NCBI RefSeq assembly: GCF_009914755.1
Contig: NC_060947.1
Direction: 5' to 3' (one strand)
Source of the DNA: the human T2T-CHM13v2.0 reference genome, Homo sapiens
DNA: 64,000 nt
The notes below the pieces were generated by a model. That model made no database searches and had not been told where the DNA came from. It worked only from the letters and a program-made list of their open reading frames with translations. A program made the position numbers and the translations under genes. Below, piece after piece: positions 63,931-64,000 of this stretch. Numbering within the stretch: position 1 is the first letter of the stretch; each line of letters begins with the position of its first letter.

Positions 63931-64000
63931 TTTGAGATGGAGTTTTGCTCTTGTTGCCCAGGCTAGAGTGCAGTGGCCTGATCTCAGCTTACTGCAACCT

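Overview
Human (great-ape-type) genomic DNA from pseudoautosomal region 1 (Xp22.33/Yp11.3). Bases 1-~15.9 kb hold the 3' half of ASMT (melatonin-synthesising O-methyltransferase) on the + strand: exons 4-9 with canonical AG/GT boundaries, the LINE-1-derived 84-nt alternative exon 6, a ~3.5-kb intron-8 minisatellite, the stop codon at 15838-15840 and AATAAA at 15888. The remaining ~48 kb has no intact gene and is very rich in Alu, LTR (MLT1, MLT2, MER4, MER21, MER41, THE1, LTR7, MER61-like), L1 and simple repeats. Signals not explained by those features: (1) a decayed RING/B-box (TRIM42-like) gene fossil starting ~400 bp after the ASMT poly(A) signal; (2) a second decayed multi-exon gene-like structure on the - strand at 56.7-59.9 kb, with an old inverted paralog of one exon at 53.8 kb; (3) a 399-bp inverted duplication, identical by eye, inserted into an Alu with snap-back hairpins at both junctions, plus other fold-back events; (4) a 6-copy cassette of GC-box, CCAAT and PBX/MEIS motifs; (5) a recurrent TAATCC>TCATCC change across many Alus; (6) an LTR depleted of TC dinucleotides, as expected after APOBEC3 editing. 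Repeat subfamily names and protein similarities are from memory of consensus sequences; no database search was run.
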